A stretch of DNA of 64,000 bases, from the NCBI GenBank assembly GCA_963693365.1, contig CAVNZM010000008.1, positions 9,732,293 to 9,796,292 on the forward strand. The letters are read 5' to 3'. The translations under genes were made by a program, and so were the position numbers. The stretch's first letter is position 1, and every line of letters starts with the position of its first letter. Below the pieces are notes generated by a model. The model made no database searches, was not told where the DNA came from, and worked only from the letters and a program-made list of their open reading frames with translations. This DNA is from Amoebidium appalachense (taxonomy: Eukaryota; Protista; Ichthyosporea). Below, piece after piece: positions 10,320 to 20,758 of the stretch.

Positions 10320-12461
10320 ATGGCGAATATTCTGGAGGATCTGGACTTGGTGGAAAACATGGAGGACGAGGACACGGACAGCATGGAGGACGAGGGCACG
10401 GACAGCATGGAGGACGAGGACACGGACCCCTTCTCAGATGCGTATTTTGAAGTCCTGGAAGCTGCAGGGGTTGTTGAGCCTGGCACGACGGTCGACGAAT
10501 GGTTCTGCGCCGACCCGGCAGACATAAGTGCGCTCCGGACAGGTAGAAACTGGTGGCCGAACAAGCGCGCGGTTCAGGAGGCCGTGGACAACGGCACGGT
10601 GCAGCGGGCGATTGAGCGCCTGCAACAGCAGGGCCTGGAAATGCCCGAAGGACGGGGGATGGAAGACCTAATAATTGAAACGCTGGTGTTCATGCGCGTG
10701 GCCCGCCAGGCACTCTCCGAGTCTGGGATGGTGCGAAAGGTGTCAACCTTGTGGGGCGGGGAGCCTGAGAACCGCGACCCCTACATACGCGAAAATCTGG
10801 AAGATCTGGTGAGCCCCGCCGTGCGCGAAGAGGTAAAGGCGGCCAAGCGCAATGGGGACGAGAATGCCATTCAAAATATTATGGATGATCCGGAAATCCG
10901 CGCCCAGATCACAGACGCGCTGTGGTGCAGGGCTGCTCGCAGGGCCAATCGTCTCAAGCGCCTGGAAACAGCTCTGTACATGTCCGAGGGGCTCACCAAG
11001 AGAGAGTACATATTCAGGTACGCAGATGAGTTGTTTCCCTCGTACGCCGCGGCACGGATACGTAATATACCAATGGGTGATAACGAAGCATGGGAAAGGG
11101 CCGTCGAAACTGAAATGCTAGACGAAGCTGTGGTGGAGGAAGTCCGGAAGAAACTTATGAAACGCGCCACCAGTATTGGCGGCAAATATGTCGGAATCTT
11201 CCAGTTGGCTCTCAACGAGATGATAGCAAGCCACGGTGGCGTCATTCCAAACATGCAACAACGTCCCCACAATGGCGATGTCGAAATGGCTGTAGAACCC
11301 GAAGCCCCGGATTCGGATTCGATGCCCCAGGCTCCATCTGGTAGCACTGCACCGGTGTCCGGGTCTGCCATGGATCTTTCGCACGCGGAGGGCGATGAAG
11401 ATGATGCGAACATTTTCGAATGGACCGCACAAGGCCTTGTCAAACTATTCGCTACGTTGACCGCTGACTCTCCGCACCAGGCGAATCGGCTTTGTTATGA
11501 GCACAAGTGGGAGCTTGTTGACAAGTTTGAGTTGTTCGCGCGCGGTGCGCTCGAGATCGCCAGACGACGTCAAATGAAAGAAGATTTGGGCAAAATGCTG
11601 AAGGCAGATTTGGACGCAGAAGAGGCAGACGCTAAAGACGAAGAGGACGAGGAGGACCGCGCGTTTGTGGTCCCTGATGACGACCCAGAGGTGCAGCCAC
11701 CAGACAACAATGCACCCGACACCCTTTCCGACGAGCTCCGCGACCTGAGGGCTGCGGTACAGATTGCACAACCCGAGACCAGGATCGAAGCCGTGAGGCA
11801 GGTTCTTGACTGGCTGGCGAGACAGCCGAACGGGGTGTACCACCCACCGCCGCCACGGATGCTGTTCCACAGGTTGCCGTCTCCATTGGACCTGTCAGAC
11901 TGGCTCACCCGGACGATTTCTCCCATGGATGAAGAGGACATGAGGATCCCAGAAGGGGTTTACAACGCGCTGCAGAAGTGGATCAGGTACACGAAACTTA
12001 GACGCCTAGAAGCCCTGCGCGCAAATTTCAGACCGGCCCCGTCGACCGCGGAGTTAGAGGCATACGTAGAGAGAATGTACAGGGCGATCAACGGCTTGCT
12101 CCCGGATCGCTTCCACAACCACACTAATGATTGGACGGGACGGTTTGATGCCTACCCCAGCGAAACAGCAGCCATCATGCTCCTTTCTGGGGCAGAACCC
12201 CGGGGGGATCCATTGGCGGCGGCAGACGGCGACCCCATATTTGCGAGGATGCTCATCATCGCCGCAGGGGTCCAGGGATTGCACGATGCAGGGGTTTTTC
12301 AGTTTACAGGTGTGGAGTCGCCGGTTAGACCGGTGGTTGAAGACTTGCCATTAGGACCGGCTGGCAATACCCGGTGGACGCGGTCTGGAACAACGCATGC
12401 CCTGAGGACCACCAAAAGGCAAAGGAGACAGCTCAGGCATTACAGGCCACCCGGGCAGTAA
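10320..12461 (+). CDS. Large acidic hypothetical protein with 3x MEDE(D/G)TD repeat
   Basis: Uninterrupted ~713-codon ORF. Confidence 0.8.
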   Translation: MANILEDLDLVENMEDEDTDSMEDEGTDSMEDEDTDPFSDAYFEVLEAAGVVEPGTTVDEWFCADPADISALRTGRNWWPNKRAVQEAVDNGTVQRAIERLQQQGLEMPEGRGMEDLIIETLVFMRVARQALSESGMVRKVSTLWGGEPENRDPYIRENLEDLVSPAVREEVKAAKRNGDENAIQNIMDDPEIRAQITDALWCRAARRANRLKRLETALYMSEGLTKREYIFRYADELFPSYAAARIRNIPMGDNEAWERAVETEMLDEAVVEEVRKKLMKRATSIGGKYVGIFQLALNEMIASHGGVIPNMQQRPHNGDVEMAVEPEAPDSDSMPQAPSGSTAPVSGSAMDLSHAEGDEDDANIFEWTAQGLVKLFATLTADSPHQANRLCYEHKWELVDKFELFARGALEIARRRQMKEDLGKMLKADLDAEEADAKDEEDEEDRAFVVPDDDPEVQPPDNNAPDTLSDELRDLRAAVQIAQPETRIEAVRQVLDWLARQPNGVYHPPPPRMLFHRLPSPLDLSDWLTRTISPMDEEDMRIPEGVYNALQKWIRYTKLRRLEALRANFRPAPSTAELEAYVERMYRAINGLLPDRFHNHTNDWTGRFDAYPSETAAIMLLSGAEPRGDPLAAADGDPIFARMLIIAAGVQGLHDAGVFQFTGVESPVRPVVEDLPLGPAGNTRWTRSGTTHALRTTKRQRRQLRHYRPPGQ

Positions 12462-12512
12462 ACAAGCGAACACAATCGAAGCCACCAAAGTTTTGGGGTG
12501 TTGAATCTATAG

Positions 12513-14022
12513 ATGGCACACGGGCGAGGGAATGATGTAGTGGAAAGATTTCCCGTGAAGCCGCGCTGCTTTTTCAGGTTCGTAAAGAAAAATGCAGAAC
12601 ATTTTGTGGAAGAAACGCCGGTCTCCCCCAGCACTCAGACGTACGCATGGACACCGGAAAACGGTTGCCTCTCCCTCTCCCTGGAAAGCACAGAACCCGA
12701 CACGATCCCGGTGTATCTTGCCTGTGTTAAACGTCTCCGGTTCGATGCGCAACAGGATGGCTACTCCGTGAATATCGAATTCGAGTACCAAGATAGTCCT
12801 GGGATACACACCTTCGACACAACTTACGATTCGGTTCGAAACTTCATGTTGGACAAGAGGGGCAATGCTTTCAAGGAGATCATGGTGAAGCACGCCCCAT
12901 ACCAGATCGAGGAGTACAAAAAGAGTACCATCCCTGGGAACCCAACACCCCCATATTTGCAGGAGGATTCGGTAGCAGACTTCTTGTTTGACAAACTGTA
13001 CCGCGGGGCCCAACACATTTCGGGGTCCATAAAAGATTTGATAGGGGTGGGGTCTGTGTGGACTTCGCCTGCAGTAGAGGGGAGAACCAATACTATAGTA
13101 ATGCTACAGACATATCTTCCGAAGTCCACAATTTTCGCCCCCGGAGAATTGCTCCGTACACAACCCAACAACGAGTCAATGACTGTCCAGCAATCGTTTA
13201 GGAATCAACTCAGGAATGATGGCTTCATGACCACCATATCGATGCCTAAATGGAAGTTCTTTTTTAGGAACGAACTCGCGACAATGTTGTTCCAATGGCT
13301 GACTGACCCCCAACGGGTGCCCTACTTTATTATATACACCGGTGAAGTGCACCATGCTTCTGTCATCATACTCGTTTCAGGTGACAAGTCGAGTATAGTT
13401 CTGGAGTTCTTCAATGTCCATGCCCCGAGTAGCACGTTGACAAAAGCCCTTGTCTCATTCATGAGAAGCGCTGATCCCACAGGCAAGCTGAAAGACATAC
13501 TTCGATCCCTCAAACCCGAAAGGGTTTGCACTGATTTGCAAAATCTTCATGGAAAAAGGACATTGTACGACGAATTGTTTGACAGAGACGAGGTGGTCGA
13601 TGGGGCCTGTGCGTCTTGGTTGAGTATTTATATACTGCTGCGGACTTCACAAGCCGACTGGTCGTCCATACCGGGTGCGGATGGGCACACCATAGGCGAG
13701 CGGATCTGCAACTTCATCAAGACGAAAATCGCAAGGGATGGGGGATTCCAAGCGGTCTATAAGGTCGGGGGGAACGATCGCGATGTACGGAAAGCGCCTG
13801 ATCGAACTCTACGGGGCTAAGATGTATCAAACTGCGGATTGGTGGGCGCAAGACGGCGTCAATCAACAGGAGCGTTACCGAGAGGTCGTGGACATGGTGC
13901 TTTCCAAGAAAGTTCTCGTATTGACCGATGCCGAGCTTAAGGATGCAGGACTGCCAACACGCAAGGACGGCGAGCAACTTGTGAACGAGGTCCGAGAACA
14001 AGCGGCGCGCCTCCTCCCCTGA
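12513..14022 (+). CDS. Ulp1/adenain-like (clan CE) cysteine protease; +1 frameshift in G-run at ~13786-13792
   Basis: HASVIIL...LEFFN...DLQ...GACASWLSIYILLR (H-N-Q-C order). Removing one G restores VGGTIAMYGK, collinear with paralog 20759..22270. Confidence 0.65.
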
Positions 14023-14064
14023 GGGCACCAAAAGGTCAAGAATTGAGGTGGATTGATCCCTGCC

Positions 14065-14430
14065 TCAGCGGAGGACCTCCCTTCTCAGCGCAGCGGCCAG
14101 CCGCGCGAGCCAGGCGGTGCGGTCGTCGCCCAGGCGTGTGGCAAAGTCGGCATAGGACATCTGTGCCGAGAACCATTGACCCTTCTCCTCGTTCCAGTAG
14201 CGCAGGCCGTTAACATTGGAAACTTCCATACGCGGGCACCGGCCGCATTCGCCAAAACGGGCTGTGTCGGCCTCCCAGCCCGCGGCCAGGCGCTTGTCAT
14301 AAAGCAGGGCGGCACAGGCGGGTGCGTCGCAGGGCGGGTCACGACCGAACACCGTGCGCACCGCATCTCGCAGCGCAAGCGCAAGCAGGGTGGTCACGCA
14401 GAGGGCCATGAGCAGGAGTACCAGCTGCAT
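14065..14430 (-). CDS. Membrane-anchored or secreted hypothetical protein
   Basis: N-terminal hydrophobic stretch and Cys pairs. Confidence 0.6.
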   Translation of the reverse strand: MQLVLLLMALCVTTLLALALRDAVRTVFGRDPPCDAPACAALLYDKRLAAGWEADTARFGECGRCPRMEVSNVNGLRYWNEEKGQWFSAQMSYADFATRLGDDRTAWLARLAAALRREVLR

Positions 14431-14478
14431 TGTTACGTCACGGGCGCATTTTGTGCCGGCTTAATCTTCCTGTAGTGC

Positions 14479-15066
14479 ATGCACATCACGCACGGCGACC
14501 GCTTCGTCAGCCGCAACCTCGCGCTGCTCAGCTGCCCGGTGGAGTGGCCCGAGGACCTGGCCAACACGAGGCACACGGGCATGGGCCTGCGGTGGCGGCG
14601 TGACGGCGACAAGGTCACCGCCATGCTCGGTGAGACACGCATGTACTGGAGGGCGCTGCCCGAGGCCAACGTCGTCACGTTCACCGATGACCCGGCTCAG
14701 GCGAGCTCTTTTGGGTTCAGCGACTGCCCGCTCCCGCAGCCCAACCACGTTCCCGACACGGGTCTGGCGGGCGTGCGGGTGCGTCTGCACGACAAAGACC
14801 TGCCGGCTCTCCCCCCACCTAGCGCACCGCCCCAGGGCCGCGTGGAGCTCGGCGTGGCCTTCTCCATCGGCGTGCTCGGCGTGGGGCCCCTGCCCATGCC
14901 CTCGTGGTTTGTGTCCTCGGTCGCAGACACGAGCCCCACCATGCAGTATGGGTTCCGCGGCGTCAACCTTGCGCTGTGCCTGCTGCACGTGTGGCGCGTG
15001 CACGTGTGCGTGGACCTGTTCCCGTTCCCGGGCCTGACGCTTTTTCTGGCGCTGCTCGAGCTCTGA
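14479..15066 (+). CDS. Hypothetical protein
   Basis: 195-aa ATG ORF with GC3-rich codons. Confidence 0.6.
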   Translation: MHITHGDRFVSRNLALLSCPVEWPEDLANTRHTGMGLRWRRDGDKVTAMLGETRMYWRALPEANVVTFTDDPAQASSFGFSDCPLPQPNHVPDTGLAGVRVRLHDKDLPALPPPSAPPQGRVELGVAFSIGVLGVGPLPMPSWFVSSVADTSPTMQYGFRGVNLALCLLHVWRVHVCVDLFPFPGLTLFLALLEL

Positions 15067-15086
15067 TATTTTGTAGCCATCTATCA

Positions 15087-15482
15087 ATGCGTGCGCTGCT
15101 CCTGTGTCCCCCCCTGCTTGCACTGGTCCTTGCGGCCCCCGAGTGCCTGGTGTTTGCGAGCTCGGCAACCCTTGCGGCAACCACCGCGCACGTGCCGCCC
15201 AGCTCCACTGCCGAAACAAAGACGTGGTGGGCGACCCTGACGCACGTGGAGACCGTTGCAGCCACCACCACAGCCGCCGCTTCGATTCAAACCATCGAAA
15301 CCACCTCGGCCTCGGAAACTCCCACCGAAACGGACACCGACGTATTCGAGATCCCCACCTCCATCACTGAAGGCGACCCAACCGACGAACCCATGCCCAC
15401 GATGCCCGTGGACCCGCCCGCACCACCCGCCGGGGTGAACGCATCCAACTGGGAGTGCCGTTGCACGCTCATCAGACGTTAA
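15087..15482 (+). CDS. Secreted Thr/Pro-rich (mucin-like) protein
   Basis: Signal peptide MRALLLCPPLLALVLA followed by a T/P-rich body. Confidence 0.6.
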   Translation: MRALLLCPPLLALVLAAPECLVFASSATLAATTAHVPPSSTAETKTWWATLTHVETVAATTTAAASIQTIETTSASETPTETDTDVFEIPTSITEGDPTDEPMPTMPVDPPAPPAGVNASNWECRCTLIRR

Positions 15483-15562
15483 TCATTTCTCGGAAAACCA
15501 GAGTTGGCCTGTCCATTCTTTGTTTTGTTCAGCCACGCCAGCTTTTAATTTGCGCAAGAAGA

Positions 15563-16066
15563 ATGGACTTGTCAAATGCGATTGCCTTAATCATTCTAAT
15601 GCTTACTATCGGTGTGTTGGCATGGGCATACATCAAGTACGAACCCAAACCTGCCCCTGGCAAAAACGACAGTACCCCTAAGCCTGGCCCCGGCAAAAAC
15701 GACAGTACCCCTGCAGTCGCACGGACACAGTGGTATGCTTTCGACCAAGTGGGGGACCACAGCACGGACAACACGTTTAACGACTGGCAAGACCCGGTGA
15801 ACTATGGGTACACGTCGGCCAGTCAGTGCATTAACCGATGCCAATCTATGAGCGGATGCCAACAGGTGGGCTATTCGCCATGGCAGGATATGGACGGGAA
15901 GCGGCCAAAAGGCTATTGCTACATGAGAAAAGCCGTCAAGAAATGGCCGTTGGATCCGTGGTCAAACAAGTCCGGTGTGGCTGCATCGGAATCGCAGGTC
16001 ACGTATGTGATGGCCGCACAAGTGCCGGAGAGCGAGAAGCAACATGGCAAGCTGGTTGAGTTCTAG
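15563..16066 (+). CDS. Type II membrane protein with PAN/apple-like Cys domain
   Basis: N-terminal TM, 2x PGKNDSTP repeat, then QCINRCQSMSGCQQVGY...GYCYMRK. Confidence 0.6.
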   Translation: MDLSNAIALIILMLTIGVLAWAYIKYEPKPAPGKNDSTPKPGPGKNDSTPAVARTQWYAFDQVGDHSTDNTFNDWQDPVNYGYTSASQCINRCQSMSGCQQVGYSPWQDMDGKRPKGYCYMRKAVKKWPLDPWSNKSGVAASESQVTYVMAAQVPESEKQHGKLVEF

Positions 16067-16244
16067 CATGAATCAGATGAACAAATGTAAGAAAGGCTGG
16101 CATTTCCATTGCCCCCTGGTTTGGGTGCACGCTGCTACAAAGATATTTGGCAACCTTGTTTTTCTTTGTCGTGTATATGGCCAATTTGATGGCTGTTTGA
16201 TCTTGTGTCTAGAGCTGGCTTCTTTTTTATTGTGCCCCAATGTA

Positions 16245-17602
16245 ATGTCGCATGCGCGCTCCCGCATCCTTGACGACATGGCGTCCCACATCGATTTCTC
16301 GGCAGCCGTGGCGCGCCGGGCAGCGTTCCCGCACGGGCCAGCCCTGCCCTCGGCCCCCCGCAGCGTGTCGGTGCCGAGCGAGGCGCCCCCGCGTGTCGAG
16401 CCCCCGCAGCCGCCGCAGGGCCAGTGGCGCTACCACTTCGTGACGGGCGGGTCCGAGTGCCGGCCGCTGCAGGTGGAGTTTCCCGCCACCCAGTCCGTGC
16501 ACGGCATCCGTGTTGAGGGCATCAAGGCGCACAGCGTGTACGACGTGTGCGAGGGCGCCAACAAGCTCACGCTGTCGCTGTCGTACCTGGACTCGCCCGA
16601 CGGCCGGCCCCCAGGCATGTGGGTGAAGGCGTCCACCGACGTGTACCTGCCTGTGGGCAACTACACCCTGGACACCCTGTGCGCCGAACTCGAGATGCGT
16701 CTGGACGCCGCCATCGCCGCATGCTTCAACCCCAGCTACAGCCCCGAGGAGGTGGCGGACATTTTGGAGATGTACCCGGACACGCTGCCCTACTACGCCA
16801 GCGTCACACACACGGAGCGGTTGCGCCGGGACGCCGAGCGCAACGGCGAGGCGTGGACCAGGCACCAGGACTTTGTGTGCAAGACGCGGTGGGCGCCACG
16901 CCGGCAGGGCCCGCGCGACGAGATCGCATTCGAGGCGCTGATGCTCGCGCAGCTGTACTACAGGGAGAACGCATGGGCGTGGCGTGAGCTGGCCAACGAG
17001 CGTGACACCCACGGGCGCATCCAGTGGCCGTTCCACAACACGCTGTACAACCTCATGACGCCCTCGAAGCTCGCGCTGCCCGGGCGACTGGTCATCAGCA
17101 TCCACCACCGCAAGAACATGGACCCGGACACCATGAAGCACTGGCTGCCGTATGCGTCGGTGCCGACGTTCTCGCTTGACGTGTGCCGGGGGCTCGGGAG
17201 CGTGCTGGGAATGGCGGCCGGCGCGCACGTCAGCCACAGCCTGACAGCGGGGCTGCCTCCGCTGGCCCGCTACTTCGACGGGCGAGACCATGCGGCCGTG
17301 GAGGAGGGCGACCAGCAGCTGCCGTGCCAGGGCGACAACATCCAGTGCGTGTTTGGGACGGATGCACCCCTGGGCCCGCGGGGGCGCTCATGGTGCACGT
17401 CATGCAGGGCGAGACGAACCTGCAGGGGCGCATCATGGCGCCGGGCGTGCAGGGGGCGGCGGGCGGGGCGGTGGACGACATGCTGGCGAGCCCGCAGATC
17501 TTGGGGACGCTGGATCACGTCGACACGCTGCGACTGGTGGTGGTGGACGAGACCGGGACGCGTGTGACCGGGTGCTTCTCGGCGCTGGTCGCGATCAAAT
17601 AA
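16245..17602 (+). CDS. Minor capsid/penton-like single jelly-roll protein; frameshift at ~17380
   Basis: YDVCEGANKLTL...VYLPVGNYTLDTLCAELE and C-terminal VDTLRLVVVDETG..V...FSALVAI resemble NCLDV/Polinton penton motifs. Recognised by eye. Confidence 0.55.
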
Positions 17603-17789
17603 AGCAAAGTATCACGAAAGTGCAAAAACAACGCCTGCTCCCCCAATATTGGCAAACATCAAGTGCAGGACAGATCATGGTCTTCTCCCTTAATGTGAGA
17701 GAACACCCTCATGAAGTACAGGGCAGATCACGAGTTGTGGATGGGGCTCAGGGGGCATAAAAGGCAACACATCCCCCCCCACCCCCACA

Positions 17790-18465
17790 ATGCGTGTGGC
17801 CGCCATCTGTTGGAAGAGAGTCCGCGTGATAGGGCGCGCGCACCCGACGCACAAAAGAACAAACATACACATATTGTGGAGTGAGCGTAAGTCTGCACTC
17901 CAACACCATCGACGTCGGCTTCCTGAACCTGGTGGTGTGCGTGCTCAGCACCACCGACGACCCGCGCACCCCCTTCATCATCCACACGTGGGACCGCTGG
18001 CTCGTGGGCAACCCGGACACCACGGCCACGGTGCTGGTGGAGCTGCTGCTGCGCCGGCTGCACGAGGACCGCGCGCTGCTCGCGGACGTCGACATGGTTG
18101 TCATCGAGCGCCAGATGGTCACCAAGCTGAGCGTGCTGGCCCACGCGCTGCAGGCGTACTTCCTCACCCTCAGATTGACCAATGGCCACGGGCCCGGCGT
18201 GGTGCTGCAGCACGGCACGCGCAAGAACCAGTGCGGTGCGTGGCTCGCCCGCCACGGAATGGCTCCTGCGGAGACGGGCAAGGCGGCGTATGCGGTGTAC
18301 AAGCGGCGTGCGGTGGTCGACACGCTGCAGGCACTCAAGCTGCAGAGTGAGCAGGGGTGGCGGGACAAGTTTGGGCGGGAGGGCAAGAAGGACGACATGG
18401 CGGACGCGCTGCTGCACGGGCTGTGGTACCTGTTCTGTCGGACCCAGAAAGGGGGGTCACGCTGA
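17790..18465 (+). pseudogene. RuvC/A22-like Holliday junction resolvase disrupted by an insertion after codon 6
   Basis: Removing 17808-17910 gives MRVAAIDVGFLNL...VVIERQ...KKDDMADALLHG, which contains all RuvC acidic motifs. Confidence 0.9.
17808..17905. mobile_element. 98-bp solo-LTR-like insertion with 5-bp TSD CCATC
   Basis: Begins TGTTGGA and ends TCCAACA (TG..CA, 7-bp inverted termini); CCATC at 17803-17807 and 17906-17910. Confidence 0.85.
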
Positions 18466-18605
18466 GGGCATATGCAGGCAAACGGACAGTGTACAAAATA
18501 AAAAAAGCAATTCATCTCTTTATTTGTTTCTTATAGACCGGCTTCCAGTCCCATGCCGGAGGTATAGATTGGCCCGTTGGTTGTCTGTGTCTGAGCTTGA
18601 CTGCA

Positions 18606-18681
18606 TATCTGCACTGCAGATTTTCCCCTCCAACTTAGCAATGAGTTCCTTTGTCCCCTTCAACTTGTACCAATCAAACCA
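18606..18681 (-). pseudogene. KilA-N-like remnant, duplicated at 20624-20699
   Basis: Encodes WFDWYKLKGTKELIAKLE; a ~76-bp near-identical direct repeat flanks the 18847 gene. Confidence 0.55.
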
Positions 18682-18846
18682 GAAAATGTCTGCGCCCCCC
18701 ACCCCGGGCTGTCACAGTGGTACCTGTTCTGCAGGCCTGGGAGGTCGGGGAAGATGTAAGAATAAAGCGCTTTGTTTCATGGAGACTCAATGCTACACGG
18801 ATGACAATTTGCCTAGCTCAGGGTATGAAAAAGCATGCCTGAGAAA

Positions 18847-20403
18847 TCAACAGCCCAGTCTGGGCTGCACGCTGGCGGGGACCAGCCCCTCGTATGCGTT
18901 CCTGAACACCTGCGCCGTGTACTTGAACTCGGCAACCTCCGGGCTGTGGGGTACCTCCCGCTCCAGCCAAACCGCCGTGGCCAAGATGATGGTGTAGGCC
19001 TGGCGGGCAGTGATCTCGGTGGACATGACCGCACGTCCCCAGCCGAGTGCTGAGCGCAGCTTGATGGCGCGCTGGATAGCCATGTCAGCTCCGATGACCC
19101 CCACCACTGCCGTGTCGGGCTTGTCGGTGTAGATGTCCACGTTCAGCACCTCGAGTACATAGCGGCGCACGAGTCCAACAGAGCCCTTGGTAGACCCTCC
19201 AAACATGGCGGCGGTGACGCTGTGGGGAAGGTTGTACAGGCGGTCACGCAGGAAGGGGTTGCCTGTGCCACCGAGGGCGGAGCTGTCCGGGTCCTCGGGT
19301 AGGATGCGGGGGGTGAAGGCCTGGGCCGTGCTGTTGAGGGCGCTGGTGAGGCGGGCCACGTGGGACTTGCTGTACTCGATGATGAGCTGCTGCTGCTCAA
19401 TGAGGGTGTCCCGGTCTCGGATGGTCTTGTTGCGCTCCTCGATGGTAATGTTCCGGTCCTCGATTGTGCGCTGCATGTTCTGGAGCAGCGTCTGCCAGTA
19501 GGCAGCCCCGTGCTCCTCCGATCCCCCGGCACCCCCGTTCTCCACGTACTCCCCGAACAGGCGAGCGCCGCTGCCCTCGGGGAGGGAACCCTGAAGACGA
19601 CGGTTGGCGCGCACCTCGTCAACCAAAGTCTCGTCACCACCCAGGTAGCGCACGATGAGCTCAGCGGCCGCAGCCTTGAAAGCAGCAACCTTGGGACCGG
19701 TCAGGGCCAGGATGATGCGCACCAGCCCCTTTGCATCGGCGACCGGGCGGGGGTTCTGATGATCAACTGAGTCGGAATATCCGACCGAGTTAATCAAGGA
19801 CTGATCTGCGTCCATCACCTCCTTGAATTTGTCCTTGGGGTTGCCATAGCCAATCGCAACGAGCACATCAAACACATCCGCCTTCCGGGGCACGGTGTTG
19901 GTGCAGCGGATGGTCTTGCCGCTCCAGTCACCACCACCCTCTCCGAACTTGAACAGGGTCGCGGCCAGCCCGTCGCCGTCGAGGTCCATGCCCGGAACCG
20001 CCGTGGGCAGCTGGCGCATGGCTTCGGCAAGGGCCTTGTTGTCCGCCACCTTCCAGATGCTGATGGAGGGGTCGCCGAGTACACCACGCACGGAGGTGGC
20101 GTGCACCTGTTCACGCAGGCGGACGAGGGACAGGGTCTTGCCGGACGGCAGGGTGCGGGTGTCCTGGGCGACAACCCCAAATCGCTTGGTGTCGCCGAGG
20201 GCTGTGGCGGCACGCTCGTGCAGGTCGGTGTGGTCGGAGAGGAGCGCCCAGTAGCGGATGCGGGAGCGCTCGGGGTCAAGCAGAAGGGTGCGGATGGTGT
20301 CCTCAAGGGATGCGTTCTCCTCCATACTGTCGTCCGTGTCCATGCTGTCGATGTTGTCGCTCTGCATGTTGTTGTTGATGTCCATGTTCTGGGTTGTCTC
20401 CAT
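18847..20403 (-). CDS. Multidomain BRO-like DNA-binding protein with coiled coil
   Basis: IR...ADVFDVL...PVADAKGLVRIILAL.G.KVAAFK..AAELIVRYLGGDETLVDEVRAN; ATG 20403 follows the TATA motif at ~20449-20458. Confidence 0.75.
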   Translation of the reverse strand: METTQNMDINNNMQSDNIDSMDTDDSMEENASLEDTIRTLLLDPERSRIRYWALLSDHTDLHERAATALGDTKRFGVVAQDTRTLPSGKTLSLVRLREQVHATSVRGVLGDPSISIWKVADNKALAEAMRQLPTAVPGMDLDGDGLAATLFKFGEGGGDWSGKTIRCTNTVPRKADVFDVLVAIGYGNPKDKFKEVMDADQSLINSVGYSDSVDHQNPRPVADAKGLVRIILALTGPKVAAFKAAAAELIVRYLGGDETLVDEVRANRRLQGSLPEGSGARLFGEYVENGGAGGSEEHGAAYWQTLLQNMQRTIEDRNITIEERNKTIRDRDTLIEQQQLIIEYSKSHVARLTSALNSTAQAFTPRILPEDPDSSALGGTGNPFLRDRLYNLPHSVTAAMFGGSTKGSVGLVRRYVLEVLNVDIYTDKPDTAVVGVIGADMAIQRAIKLRSALGWGRAVMSTEITARQAYTIILATAVWLEREVPHSPEVAEFKYTAQVFRNAYEGLVPASVQPRLGC

Positions 20404-20758
20404 CTTGATGGTTGCTGCAGAATGATGAATTATGGTCTGGACTGCTCCTTTTATACCTTCAGGTCTAACCACCGATGGTGCCAAAATCGATGGTGATGGT
20501 GAGTTTGGGCACCAAACTAATGAACCCTGAATTTCAGGGATGATGATTATTGTCTCATTCGGATGTTGATCACAATTGTCGGACGACCCGACAACAGCGA
20601 ACACATATCTGACCGCACAATATTATCTGCACTGCAGATTTTTCCGTCCAACTTGGCAATGAGCTGCTTTGTCCCCTTCAGCTCGTACCAATCAAACCAC
20701 GCGTATCTGTCACATAATTAGTATGAAAGAGAAGCAAGCCAGAGATATCACAGATATA

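Noticed and set aside
17881-18465. GTG-started intact resolvase as given by the ORF track
   Set aside because: The GTG lies inside the LTR-like insert; the true start is ATG 17790.
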